30,161 bases of DNA, taken from NCBI GenBank assembly GCA_039803205.1, contig JBDRYB010000023.1, forward strand, positions 1-30,161, read 5' to 3'. Of this stretch, positions 1-9,039 are shown in pieces. The first letter of the stretch is position 1; each line of letters begins with the position of its first letter. This DNA comes from a candidate division WOR-3 bacterium. Its GTDB lineage: Bacteria > Hydrothermota > Hydrothermia > JBDRYB01. The translations under genes were made by a program, and so were the position numbers. The notes beneath the pieces were generated by a model. That model was not told where the DNA came from, ran no database searches, and saw only the letters and a program-made list of their open reading frames with translations.

Positions 1-4
1 TATC

Positions 5-208
5 TCACCTCCACCAGAACTTTATTATATTGAGGACTATCTGAGTTATCTGAAGGAAGGTTATCACTCCAACCGCTCCCCAGTATGCTCTCTCCAAGAC
101 CCTCAGGCGCTTCTCGTGGTCTTCTATGTCCTGGCAGAGCCCATTCTCAAGCTTGGCCTCAATCCGGGCTAAGCGCTCAAGCATCTCAACATCTCTCTCG
201 TATGTCAT
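5..208 (-). CDS. XhlA-like/holin-like membrane protein (67 aa)
   Basis: N-terminal coiled coil (ERLARIEAKLE...DHEKRLRVLER) followed by one TM helix (YWGAVGVITFLQITQIVLNII), the architecture of XhlA-family phage lysis proteins. ATGA overlap with the upstream gene. A GGAGGTGA SD at its 3' end points to a further gene off-window. Confidence 0.6.
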   Translation of the reverse strand: MTYERDVEMLERLARIEAKLENGLCQDIEDHEKRLRVLERAYWGAVGVITFLQITQIVLNIIKFWWR

Positions 209-606
209 TCAATATTAGGGGTTGGGTGAAGTTGATCAGCGGCCATATCTTTGAACAGAATAGCGGTATCAACTTCGGCCGCTTCGGATGTGTTATCGTT
301 GTAGATTATATAGATTGTGAGCGAAAAGATTTTATCGGTATCCTGAAAACCATCCGTGCTTTGTTGTCCGAAGAAGTCAGCTCTCAACGGAAAGGATATG
401 GTATGAGCATCAAGCACCGTTGCCGGAATACCCTGCAGAGATGGAGTGGTGCGATATGTAGTTTCGTCATGCGCTCTAACTAGGACCAGAATGGAGCTAA
501 TTCTGGGGTCATTCAAGGGAATAGCTTGGCCTGAGACCCTCACGATGATATTAGCTCCTATGCCGTTTGCAATTCCTACATTTCGGCGGTCATATACCTT
601 TATCAT
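205..606 (-). CDS. Hypothetical beta-sandwich protein, possibly BppU-N/Ig-like virion accessory
   Basis: The ORF track gives 205..687; ATG at 606 (MIKVYD...) lies just after the upstream stop and is the likelier start. Alternating hydrophobic beta-strand pattern (ILVLVRA, TISFPL, FSLTIYIIY). The fold guess is weak. Confidence 0.45.
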   Translation of the reverse strand: MIKVYDRRNVGIANGIGANIIVRVSGQAIPLNDPRISSILVLVRAHDETTYRTTPSLQGIPATVLDAHTISFPLRADFFGQQSTDGFQDTDKIFSLTIYIIYNDNTSEAAEVDTAILFKDMAADQLHPTPNIE

Positions 607-610
607 GCCA

Positions 611-1063
611 TTATTGTAATGGCAACTTAAAGTTTCCAGCAATAACTGACTGGCGGATCGTCCAGAAGTTATCAGGTGAAATTTCAAGAGCAGTTTTTAT
701 GCCCAGCAGTAAGAGGATTTTGATGACAGCATAAAGCGACAAGTTATATTCGTTCATGACCGAGTAGATATAGTCAGCTGTTTGAGGAGGCAAATCGCCC
801 AAATAGACATGGACATGGTCTAGTGCTTTCTGTCGTGGTGGTGTTGAGAAGTTGATGGTTGAACGGGTTATTATCTGTTTCCCGGTTTTCAAGAGCAAAA
901 CAGCATGGTTTCTCTGCGCTTCTGGGGTTAATCGGCCATAGTGATCTTGCCAGTGGGTTATTGCTAATAATTGTGCCTCGCTGTTAGAGAGCCCCAGAAA
1001 TGTGCGCCAACCCTTCCATAGGTTTAATACTATTTTGCGTATGTTGGGTGAAAGTCTCGCCAT
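611..1063 (-). CDS. Putative ribbon-helix-helix DNA-binding protein (150 aa)
   Basis: C-terminal VHVYLGDLPPQTADYIYSVMNEYNLSLYAVIKILLLLGI fits the RHH strand-helix-helix pattern. First gene of the leftward unit, directly behind a promoter. Confidence 0.55.
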   Translation of the reverse strand: MARLSPNIRKIVLNLWKGWRTFLGLSNSEAQLLAITHWQDHYGRLTPEAQRNHAVLLLKTGKQIITRSTINFSTPPRQKALDHVHVYLGDLPPQTADYIYSVMNEYNLSLYAVIKILLLLGIKTALEISPDNFWTIRQSVIAGNFKLPLQ

Positions 1064-1101
1064 ATGCCCATATTATAATCCTTAGTTGCATCGCTTAGCA
1101 A
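1064..1101 (-). promoter_or_regulatory. Sigma70-type leftward promoter, near-leaderless
   Basis: Minus strand: TTGCTA (1101-1096), 18 nt, TATAAT (1077-1072), 8 nt, ATG (1063). No SD. Confidence 0.7.
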
Positions 1102-1121
1102 TAATGTCTTATAATACAGGT
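1086..1121 (+). promoter_or_regulatory. Sigma70-type rightward promoter of the morphogenesis unit, leaderless
   Basis: TTGCAT (1086-1091), 18 nt, TATAAT (1110-1115), 6 nt, ATG (1122). Overlaps the divergent promoter. Confidence 0.7.
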
Positions 1122-1637
1122 ATGCCACGGAAAAAGAGACAGAGAAAACAAAGGACAATAACCTCCGGGGACTTAATGATTTTGTATGAGGATGTTATCA
1201 AGTCAATAGTGCGTAAAGGCAATCCAAGCATAGAAGATACTTTGAGCGAGTTAGGATATTCACCTCAGCGGTTTGAGAGGGAAGTCCTAAGACCACTGAA
1301 CAAAACATGGAGCATTTTATACGGGGATTTGTTGAACTTGTCCATGAGTGAAATAGGGTTTATCAGCTTGAGACCAGTAGCTGAGTTTTATCAGAATATC
1401 ATAACGCAGGCCAATCGTGCTTTGCAGAAAATCAAAGAATTGGCGGATAGCGGGGAAACCAAAAAGGCGCGGGAATATTCAGAAAGTCATGGGAAAATTA
1501 TCAGTATGGCCGTTGTAGTAGGTGCAAAGCTCAAAGACCTTGTAAAGTTTCAAATGGAAATGCAAAACAGAACAGAAAATCAGGAAGATATGATAAAAAA
1601 ATTGCTGGAAGTTGAAGAGGAGAAATATGAGATATGA
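1122..1637 (+). CDS. terS: Terminase small subunit (putative)
   Basis: Directly upstream of terL with ATGA overlap. HTH-like SIEDTLSELGYSPQRFERE plus helical/coiled-coil C-terminus. Start moved from TTG 1086, which is the -35 box, to ATG 1122. Confidence 0.65.
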   Translation: MPRKKRQRKQRTITSGDLMILYEDVIKSIVRKGNPSIEDTLSELGYSPQRFEREVLRPLNKTWSILYGDLLNLSMSEIGFISLRPVAEFYQNIITQANRALQKIKELADSGETKKAREYSESHGKIISMAVVVGAKLKDLVKFQMEMQNRTENQEDMIKKLLEVEEEKYEI

Positions 1638-3349
1638 GACCTGAGATTGCTATACAGAATTACAAACATGTTTATAACAAGATAAAAGTAGTCAAGATAG
1701 GCAAACGATTTGTTCTAGACCCGGCTCAGGCCTTAGCCTTGCATGCTTGTATGCCCGGTAGGGGCGGAAAACCCTATGAGATTGTGATGTTAAATGCGGG
1801 ACAGGGAGCTGGCAAGACATTTTTTGCGCCTATTTGGATGTTCTATAAGGCCCGATTATATCACCAGAAAGGATTAGACCAAAAGAGGCCTTTTAGCGGG
1901 TTCATAGGAGGGCCGGATGGGCCGCATATTGAACAAGTATTATGGCCGAGAATAGTGGAAGCTTTTGGAGAACCTGGCACCATGAATTTATATCCTTTGT
2001 TCGGGCAATTGAAGATTAAGAATTCGCTGACAAATGCGGCAATTGTTTTGAACCCGGATTTCTGTGTTGGGCATATTTATTTTCGCCATATGAAAGAAGG
2101 GCTTAAGTTGCAGGGACGCCATATGACAGCGTTATTAATTGATGAGGTGGATATAGGCTCTTCTAGCTCAGCATTTAGAATAAGCGATGAGATATGGAGT
2201 GTAATTAAACAGAGAACGAGGCGTTTTAATCGTGAAGTGTTATTTACCACTACGCCATATAGGCAAGGATGGGTTTTCTGGGATGTATATAGACCCTCCA
2301 AGCAGGTAAAGTTTGAAGTGTATTTTCGGAATTCAGTTGGCACTATTATATCTCATGAAACATGGTTGAAAACTTTGTCAGAAGTATATTATGAGGCACG
2401 AATGGGAAGGGCAGATGCCATTAGAATTCTAGAAAAGTTAAAGAAGGAATGGATTTTGGATTGGGATTTGACTTTGAAATCTAAAGGGACTGAGCCTTAT
2501 TTGACAATAATTTATCCCAATATCCTGTCGCCTTATTATCCTGTTGAAGCGCATTTAGAGGCTTATCTGAATGCTGTTCAAACCAAAACTCTGGATCAGT
2601 TTCGGATGCTAATGATGGGAGAGTGGGTTGTTGCTGATGTTCATGTCTTCAAGAACTTTACTTCAGAACAAATAGTGTCAGCTTTGCCACCTACGGACAA
2701 TAAAGTGTATGTAGGCGTTGATTTTGGCTTTGGCGAGAGCGCGAGTGCATTAGTTTTTTTACAAAGGACACTTGAAGAGCCTAGGAGATGGGTGGTGTGT
2801 GCTGAGTGGGAGGGCCATGAACAACCGGCTGATTTAGCCAGAAGATTAATAGCGACTGTGAAGTATGAGGGCTGGGAGATAGCCGAGATTAGTTATGATG
2901 CTATGGGCATGACGCAGAAATATCGCGCTGGACAAGTTAGGCCAGATGAAGTCAGTGTAGGAGAGCAATTTCTAAGGACTTTGGAGTTGGAGGGTGTAGG
3001 ACGCCATTTATGTCGCGGTATCCTGGTTAATCGTGCTGATAGTTTTGGACATTTAATCAGAGTAGTCAATCAGCAACGCCTTTTGGTGCATAGTGGCGCG
3101 GTGAGATTATGCACTCAGCTAGGAACTATTGAGCAGACTGATTTATCAGGGAAAAGCAGGCGTTCTCATACTTATCACTTAGTTGATGCTTTGCGAATAG
3201 CGATTTACAATATAGAAGCTGAAGAAATGCGCAAGCTTGAAATGAACTTGAGAGGTGATTATAGTCTTCCCAGAGAGCGTTATGGTCATAGAGGCCATCG
3301 TTCTGTTCAACGGCCCTGGGCAGATTGGCGGAAGAGGTTAGGGACATGA
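1634..3349 (+). CDS. terL: Terminase large subunit (571 aa)
   Basis: Walker A AGQGAGKT, Walker B LLIDEVD, coupling motif FTTTP, RNase H-like nuclease VGVDFG and C-terminal HLVDALR. Confidence 0.95.
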   Translation: MRPEIAIQNYKHVYNKIKVVKIGKRFVLDPAQALALHACMPGRGGKPYEIVMLNAGQGAGKTFFAPIWMFYKARLYHQKGLDQKRPFSGFIGGPDGPHIEQVLWPRIVEAFGEPGTMNLYPLFGQLKIKNSLTNAAIVLNPDFCVGHIYFRHMKEGLKLQGRHMTALLIDEVDIGSSSSAFRISDEIWSVIKQRTRRFNREVLFTTTPYRQGWVFWDVYRPSKQVKFEVYFRNSVGTIISHETWLKTLSEVYYEARMGRADAIRILEKLKKEWILDWDLTLKSKGTEPYLTIIYPNILSPYYPVEAHLEAYLNAVQTKTLDQFRMLMMGEWVVADVHVFKNFTSEQIVSALPPTDNKVYVGVDFGFGESASALVFLQRTLEEPRRWVVCAEWEGHEQPADLARRLIATVKYEGWEIAEISYDAMGMTQKYRAGQVRPDEVSVGEQFLRTLELEGVGRHLCRGILVNRADSFGHLIRVVNQQRLLVHSGAVRLCTQLGTIEQTDLSGKSRRSHTYHLVDALRIAIYNIEAEEMRKLEMNLRGDYSLPRERYGHRGHRSVQRPWADWRKRLGT

Positions 3350-3573
3350 TAGGAATTATAGGTTTGACGGCTATATGTGTGGGGCTATATACTCTGGCTG
3401 TTGGTTGGAGTGTATGGTATATGGCTCATAAAGCTTTTCGGCAAGGTATTTGGGCCTCATATGGCAAAGTTGAACCCCCAAAGCCTAAGAAAACAGCAAA
3501 GGATGAGATGCAAATAAAAACGCCTACGACGCTGGAACAAGCTGAAATGGTTCGGAGGAAAATAAAGGTATGA
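3346..3573 (+). CDS. Small single-pass membrane protein (75 aa)
   Basis: ATG 3346 overlaps the terL stop (ATGA) and its own stop overlaps the portal start. N-terminal hydrophobic helix IGIIGLTAICVGLYTLAVGWSVWY, then a charged tail. Confidence 0.7.
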   Translation: MIGIIGLTAICVGLYTLAVGWSVWYMAHKAFRQGIWASYGKVEPPKPKKTAKDEMQIKTPTTLEQAEMVRRKIKV

Positions 3574-5540
3574 CTGAAAATAGCAATATAGAGGCAATAA
3601 AACGTCGGGTTCTGGCAAGTGTTGAGAAATTTAAACCTTTATGGGAGCAAGGAAAAGTCCTTGCCGAGTTTTATCGGGGCTTACAGGGTTTGGACATCTC
3701 AGAGTTTTCACGAGATCGCGCTGGTGTTCATGGTGATGAGGATACAACTCAGCTATATCTCGTGGTCAATCGCATGAGATATATGACTAATCAAGTTGTG
3801 GCCAAATTGTTAGAATATGCGCCCAGAATAAGTATTAACCCGATTACATCGGATGAGGAAGACATTTTGCAAGCTGAGGCCGCTGAGCGTTTGGTAAATG
3901 TTCTGTTGGAAGCTAATCATTTTCCTGATGCATTATATCGTTTTTATTATTGGCTATTGTTTTACGGACAGGCTTATTTCTATGTCCATGCTGTTAAAGA
4001 GAATGGTGAGAGGAAAATATTGCTGGAAACGCCAGAACCTAATAAGGTATTGTATGATACCCAGGGGCGCGATCCTACTTTGAGTTCAGCGCGTTGGTCT
4101 GCTATATTCAGCAACCAGCATAAGGATGATTTGAAGGTCTTATTCCCTCAGCATGCTCGGAAAATAGAAAAGGCTGTTTCTAATGGTTCTTATTGGTCAA
4201 AAGATGATGATGATGTGGATTGGAATGAGTATGTGAAGATTGTGGAATATTGGGAAAAAGCAACGCCAGCCCATCCTAATGGATTGCATTATATCTTTCT
4301 GGTTTCGCCTCTCTCTGAGACAGAGAGAGAAAAAGCAAAAGACAATCAGAGCAAGACAGATTGGATCATATTGAACTCTGAATATGATGGTTATGCTCAT
4401 GGTGAATTGCCACTAGTGCGGGTTGTTCTGGATTTCGGTGAGGGTTTTGCGGGCTCTACGCCTTTAGCTGATGAGGGTGAATTGCAAGAGGTCTTTAACG
4501 GCATAATGGGGAAATTCGTTGAGAATGTTGATTATTTGGGCAATCCTTCTTTAGTTTTCGTGGAAGGCTCTATACGGACGCCTGACTTTACTAATCGGCC
4601 AGGTCAAATGATACCCGTTGATCCCATGTATGCTAACTCTCCGCCTCACTTTTTGTCAGCTCCACCGGTGAATAGTGATTATTTAGCATTATTGCAGTTA
4701 ATCATTAACGCCATGGATATTACTATGGGTCTGACGCCGTTGGATCGTGGAGAAGAGCTAAAAGCTGATAGCGCTACGGCCTGGCAGATTACAGAGGCAA
4801 ACAGACAAAAGCTATTCAGGCCACGGCTATACACTTTGGCCTTGGGCATGAAAAGAGCTATAAGACAATTGCTCAGTTTGGCGGCAGAATTTTGGGCTGG
4901 CGAGGAAAGTTTGCGCGAGGCTGTGGGAAGGGATTTATACCCATATGCTAAGGCATATCTGATACGCATGAGAAAGGAGCGTTTTGTCCCGGATGTAAGT
5001 GTAGATACAGGCCAGAATAGCATATTCAGCCGTGCCTTCAGGCCTCAGGCGATAATGGGCTTAGCCCAGATATTGCCCCTGCAAGACCCTGAGGTGAATA
5101 GAGCGGTTGTGGATACTATTTTACGAGATTTGAATGTAGAGATACCGGGCTGGAATACTATGAGAGAAGCGCAAAGGCGCTTGGCCCAGCAGGAAAATGT
5201 GCTAATGCTGAAAGGTAAATTGGTGGAGGTGCAAATATCAGATGATCATATAATTCATATATCAATTCATAAGCAAAGCGCCTCTCAGTTCGGGCCTGAG
5301 GGAAGAGACAGCGAGAGCTACAGGAACCTTATGGCTCATATAGAGGCGCATAATACTATGTGGGATGCAGAAGCTAAGAAAACAGCTCTAAGGCAATTGG
5401 CGATACAAGCTGAGGTCTCCATGGCTACTGCAATGCTTCAAAAGCAAATTCAGGAAGCTATGGGGCTTAAAACTCCTCAGCAAGTTGCCGGTGAACAGGG
5501 TGGTAGACCGCCTAATCCTGTTAAGGAAGTTGCAGAATGA
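3570..5540 (+). CDS. Portal protein, P22-like (656 aa)
   Basis: Position after terL and size. FYRGLQ...VVNRM N-terminal motif, IVEYW, LPLV, helical C-terminus with DDHIIHISIH...HIEAH. Confidence 0.88.
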   Translation: MTENSNIEAIKRRVLASVEKFKPLWEQGKVLAEFYRGLQGLDISEFSRDRAGVHGDEDTTQLYLVVNRMRYMTNQVVAKLLEYAPRISINPITSDEEDILQAEAAERLVNVLLEANHFPDALYRFYYWLLFYGQAYFYVHAVKENGERKILLETPEPNKVLYDTQGRDPTLSSARWSAIFSNQHKDDLKVLFPQHARKIEKAVSNGSYWSKDDDDVDWNEYVKIVEYWEKATPAHPNGLHYIFLVSPLSETEREKAKDNQSKTDWIILNSEYDGYAHGELPLVRVVLDFGEGFAGSTPLADEGELQEVFNGIMGKFVENVDYLGNPSLVFVEGSIRTPDFTNRPGQMIPVDPMYANSPPHFLSAPPVNSDYLALLQLIINAMDITMGLTPLDRGEELKADSATAWQITEANRQKLFRPRLYTLALGMKRAIRQLLSLAAEFWAGEESLREAVGRDLYPYAKAYLIRMRKERFVPDVSVDTGQNSIFSRAFRPQAIMGLAQILPLQDPEVNRAVVDTILRDLNVEIPGWNTMREAQRRLAQQENVLMLKGKLVEVQISDDHIIHISIHKQSASQFGPEGRDSESYRNLMAHIEAHNTMWDAEAKKTALRQLAIQAEVSMATAMLQKQIQEAMGLKTPQQVAGEQGGRPPNPVKEVAE

Positions 5541-5574
5541 GCTATAAAAACCTTAAAATAAAGGGGTGAAAAAC

Positions 5575-6783
5575 ATGGCAGAGGAGACTAAGATACAAGT
5601 TGCTCCCGAAGAGCAAACCGGGGAGCAGGCTGAACCTATAAATCCTCTAGAGGCTTTAGGTTTGCTGAGCCCAGAGGAGATACAAAAAGCTAAAGAGGCA
5701 AATAAGGCTACGCCAGAGGTAAAACAGGAACAGAAAGCTGAGGAGACGAAGCCAGAGAAAACTGAAGAAGTGAAAACTGAAGGCGCTACTTCTGAAACTG
5801 AAATGAAGACGGAACAGAAAGTTGAAACAGAGACTAGAACTAAGATAAAGGAATGGCATGAAGCGGTTATGGATTATATAGCCTCTCATCCCTCTGATAC
5901 CTTTATGGTGGTAGAGGATAGTGATGGAAAGCCTCAAGGTGTAGTTCCATTGGACGGGGTTGTTACCCTGAAGGTAGATGGTGAAGTAATCAGGAAACCC
6001 TTCAGGGAGATTATAGCTGATGGCCAAAAACTCAGCTATGCTGATAAGGTAGTTCAAGAGGCCGCAGAGCAAAAGAAGAAAGTTGAAGAAGAATTGAAGG
6101 CCTACCAGGAGGCTATTGCCTATGTGGCTACCATGCCAATCTGGGATGATAAGGAGATTGCTGGTGCCATAAAAGGTATGCTGAAGATGCCTCCGGATGA
6201 GCCAATAGAGACAATATTGGCTATGGTGGATATGGAGGCCTTTAAGCAATTTCTCAGCAAGAGAGATGCGGCCCTTATAAGGGTTATACAGGATACTCAG
6301 GCTAAATATCAGGAAAAGATAGCCTCTCTGAACCAGGAATATGTCCAGAAGACCGAGGAAATAGGCTCAGCGAAGGCTCCTACGCTCTTTACCCTTCTTG
6401 GAAAGGATGAGGCGGTGGCCTTACTGCTGAATAAGGCCTTTAAGGAGCTGGAGGCTAAGGGCCTATTGATATCGGATAAAGGACAGCTCGTTGAGATAGC
6501 TGGTGAGGTGCTTACCCCATATTTGGATGGCATAGCGAACCAGCTGGAAAAGAAACTCAACGATATGATCAGAGAGAGCTATATCAGAGACCTTAAACAC
6601 GAGATAGAGGTCTTGCGCTCTGATCCGGCTTTCCGCAAGGAAGTGGCAGAGGAATACCTAAAGGAAATAGGAAAGCTAGAGAGCGTAAAAACTGGTGAGA
6701 GCTCTGTCTCAGGGGAGCTTGAGCCAAGAGAAAAAACAAACATAGATGCCCTGATGAGGGAGACAGGGCTAAGTGTAGAATGA
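5575..6783 (+). CDS. Capsid scaffolding protein
   Basis: Between portal and capsid, E/K-rich and coiled-coil. VTLKVDGE...IIADGQ...YADKVVQEAAEQKK resembles the scaffold KVDGE motif. SD GGGGTGA precedes ATG 5575. Confidence 0.8.
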   Translation: MAEETKIQVAPEEQTGEQAEPINPLEALGLLSPEEIQKAKEANKATPEVKQEQKAEETKPEKTEEVKTEGATSETEMKTEQKVETETRTKIKEWHEAVMDYIASHPSDTFMVVEDSDGKPQGVVPLDGVVTLKVDGEVIRKPFREIIADGQKLSYADKVVQEAAEQKKKVEEELKAYQEAIAYVATMPIWDDKEIAGAIKGMLKMPPDEPIETILAMVDMEAFKQFLSKRDAALIRVIQDTQAKYQEKIASLNQEYVQKTEEIGSAKAPTLFTLLGKDEAVALLLNKAFKELEAKGLLISDKGQLVEIAGEVLTPYLDGIANQLEKKLNDMIRESYIRDLKHEIEVLRSDPAFRKEVAEEYLKEIGKLESVKTGESSVSGELEPREKTNIDALMRETGLSVE

Positions 6784-6808
6784 CCTGAGAAAAGAGGAGG
6801 TATAAGAT

Positions 6809-8407
6809 ATGAACAACACACAAACATATGCTCAGCTTTTTTCGGGCAATAACACTATACAAATAGTGCATAGGCTTCTGGCGCAGTCTGTCGCTTTGTC
6901 TGCGCCTTTGGCCGCTAAGTTGCCCATAGCGAAGGCGCCTACTTTTGGCGTGAGCGCGGATCATAGGTATGAGTTCCGGCGTAAGAGGTGGGCTGATATT
7001 TCTACTTCGGCCGGGATTGCAACTGGTGGTGCTGGACTAATAGGTGCTGGCCTTGCACATCTCAAGGCTCAGGCGCGACTGGTTAAGCTTGGTGCTGGTG
7101 TAGATGATGAGAGAGAGGTGATACAGGCGGCTCTGGAGGGCGATACAGCTTTCCTGCAGGATAAGGCCGGTGTATCCTCACCAGCGGATTACCTGAGCGC
7201 TCTTCTGAGCAATAAGGCCTATGGTCTGGTTCACCATTATCTTTTCCAGATATACCGGGGCGACATCTTCAACTATGCGGATGATGGTTCTACATATGGA
7301 TATGGCTATGGTCAGAGTGAACTGGTAGATGCTTCAGGACTGACATGTAGAGGATGTATAGCCTTTGTGCATCCCTCTTCAAATACCACCATAGAGACTG
7401 TGGCGAACGGAGGAACAACCATAACCTTCAATGATCATATGGGTGCGGATGGCACTAACTACGGCAGGGTCGGTGCTTACTACTTGAAACCTGGTATGCT
7501 CCTGACCATTAGGAACAGGACTGGTGCTAATACTTATAGCTTGGTGAATGATGGTGGAGGTGCAACAGCGCTTGTGAGAGTGATGTCAGTGGTTATTGAG
7601 TCTGGCACTCAGTTTCCCTACAAGGCGGTTCTGGGTTCTACTTCCAATAATACTATTACACTTACGGCTAACGGCAATTTCTACTTCACTCTGGCCAGCA
7701 AGGATTATGCGGGGAATATACAGGATAGCTGGTATGCTCATACGCTTCCGTTGTCTTACGCGGCTGAGACAACTGGATACATTCATACGCTCAACAGGGG
7801 CCTAGATATATACAGCGACATGAGGGGATACTCAGTCGCTTATTCCAGCCCAGCTACTCTGTATGATACCTTGGCCTCGCTTTTACGTGCCATAAAGGCC
7901 AGACACCAGGCTACTGACTCGCGCGATATAGCGGTCTTCTGTGATCCTTACTACATAGAGGTGATGCGCCAGGAGGTAGGGGCCGCGACTCTATTGACAC
8001 TGGATCTGTCCGATAGCAGGGTGGTAGGCGATCCTAGAGGCAAGATAAATAGCATAGAGGTTGATATGGTGCCTGTGATACCTGATCCTTATGTAGGGCC
8101 AGGTATAATTCTGATCAGGGCTGTGCCACGAACCAGAACGATAAAGGATGTGCCTGTGGAGATACAATATATACCCTGCACGGATGATCCGGTGCAGTTG
8201 GAGGCTAATACCGAGGCCGCAACCTATAATGGCATAAAGGTGCCTCCTATGATGTGTTGGATGGAGGAGCCTAGTCCAATCTTCAAAGGTTCATTCTTCC
8301 ATAAGGTAGAGGGATATGATAAGGGCTTCAACTATCTGTCTGGATGGTTTGGTCTGGTTCATTATGATCCTTCTACTCTTGGGAAGATATATACAATAAC
8401 GCTGTAA
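6809..8407 (+). CDS. Major capsid protein (HK97 fold with a large beta-rich insertion, 532 aa)
   Basis: Follows the scaffold with a strong SD GAGGAGGT. Late HK97-like segments (IAVFCDP, VPVIPDPYV, FGLVHYDPSTLGKI) flank a G/T/N-rich insertion. Confidence 0.8.
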   Translation: MNNTQTYAQLFSGNNTIQIVHRLLAQSVALSAPLAAKLPIAKAPTFGVSADHRYEFRRKRWADISTSAGIATGGAGLIGAGLAHLKAQARLVKLGAGVDDEREVIQAALEGDTAFLQDKAGVSSPADYLSALLSNKAYGLVHHYLFQIYRGDIFNYADDGSTYGYGYGQSELVDASGLTCRGCIAFVHPSSNTTIETVANGGTTITFNDHMGADGTNYGRVGAYYLKPGMLLTIRNRTGANTYSLVNDGGGATALVRVMSVVIESGTQFPYKAVLGSTSNNTITLTANGNFYFTLASKDYAGNIQDSWYAHTLPLSYAAETTGYIHTLNRGLDIYSDMRGYSVAYSSPATLYDTLASLLRAIKARHQATDSRDIAVFCDPYYIEVMRQEVGAATLLTLDLSDSRVVGDPRGKINSIEVDMVPVIPDPYVGPGIILIRAVPRTRTIKDVPVEIQYIPCTDDPVQLEANTEAATYNGIKVPPMMCWMEEPSPIFKGSFFHKVEGYDKGFNYLSGWFGLVHYDPSTLGKIYTITL

Positions 8408-8416
8408 GGGGGCGTC

Positions 8417-8593
8417 ATGCCTAAGGGAAAGAAAGAAAAGGAAACGCTTCCAGCACCAAAGATAAGATGCCTCGAAAAAGATGAAGCTCTCAAGTTGCTA
8501 ATCAAGGAATTTCCGAGATTAGCTTGGCTTTTGGCTGGTCTTTTGGGGCTGGAGGATGAGTATAACGAGGTGAAAAAGGAGAGTAAGAAATGA
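8417..8593 (+). CDS. Hypothetical protein (58 aa, not in ORF track)
   Basis: MPKGKKEKETLPAPKIRCLEKDEALKLLIKEFPRLAWLLAGLLGLEDEYNEVKKESKK. AAGGGGG SD-like sequence upstream; stop overlaps the next ATG (ATGA). Confidence 0.75.
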   Translation: MPKGKKEKETLPAPKIRCLEKDEALKLLIKEFPRLAWLLAGLLGLEDEYNEVKKESKK

Positions 8594-9039
8594 CGCTCTC
8601 TCACTACCTAGGGAACCTTTTGAAGCTGGGCTTCGGGAAATGGCCAGCCGGAACTCCATGGTGCGGAATATATACAGCCTGGATAAGTGCAGAAGGCGAT
8701 CTATATCTGCCTATACCTGAGCTGAAACCCGGAAAATCCTTTTTGATAAAGCGCGCAATAGTCATACATTCCTGTGCGGGTGTAAGTGAAGGCGAGACCC
8801 AGGATTACTATACGATACAGCTGAAAAAAGGAGATAGTAATGTGGGTTCTGCGCTTGATCTTATGACAGCTGATATGGGGACAGAGAAGACACTTTATAC
8901 CTGCACTTATCCTACGGCCAGTTCTGCTGGTTCTGCTGAACATCTAAGTAGCGGTGAGTTTCTGAAACTGGTGATTACGGCAACAGGGACGCCTACTTCG
9001 GGCTTTGCCACCATCCTCATAGAAGGGATTCTTAATTGA
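8590..9039 (+). CDS. Putative capsid decoration/accessory protein (149 aa)
   Basis: Beta-rich, T/S/G-rich, close behind the capsid gene. AAGGAG SD. Confidence 0.5.
   Translation: MTLSHYLGNLLKLGFGKWPAGTPWCGIYTAWISAEGDLYLPIPELKPGKSFLIKRAIVIHSCAGVSEGETQDYYTIQLKKGDSNVGSALDLMTADMGTEKTLYTCTYPTASSAGSAEHLSSGEFLKLVITATGTPTSGFATILIEGILN

Noticed and set aside
2280..2500. Extra segment in TerL after the coupling motif as an intein or intron
   Set aside because: It is short and in frame, with no Cys/Ser start, His-Asn end or homing-endonuclease motifs.
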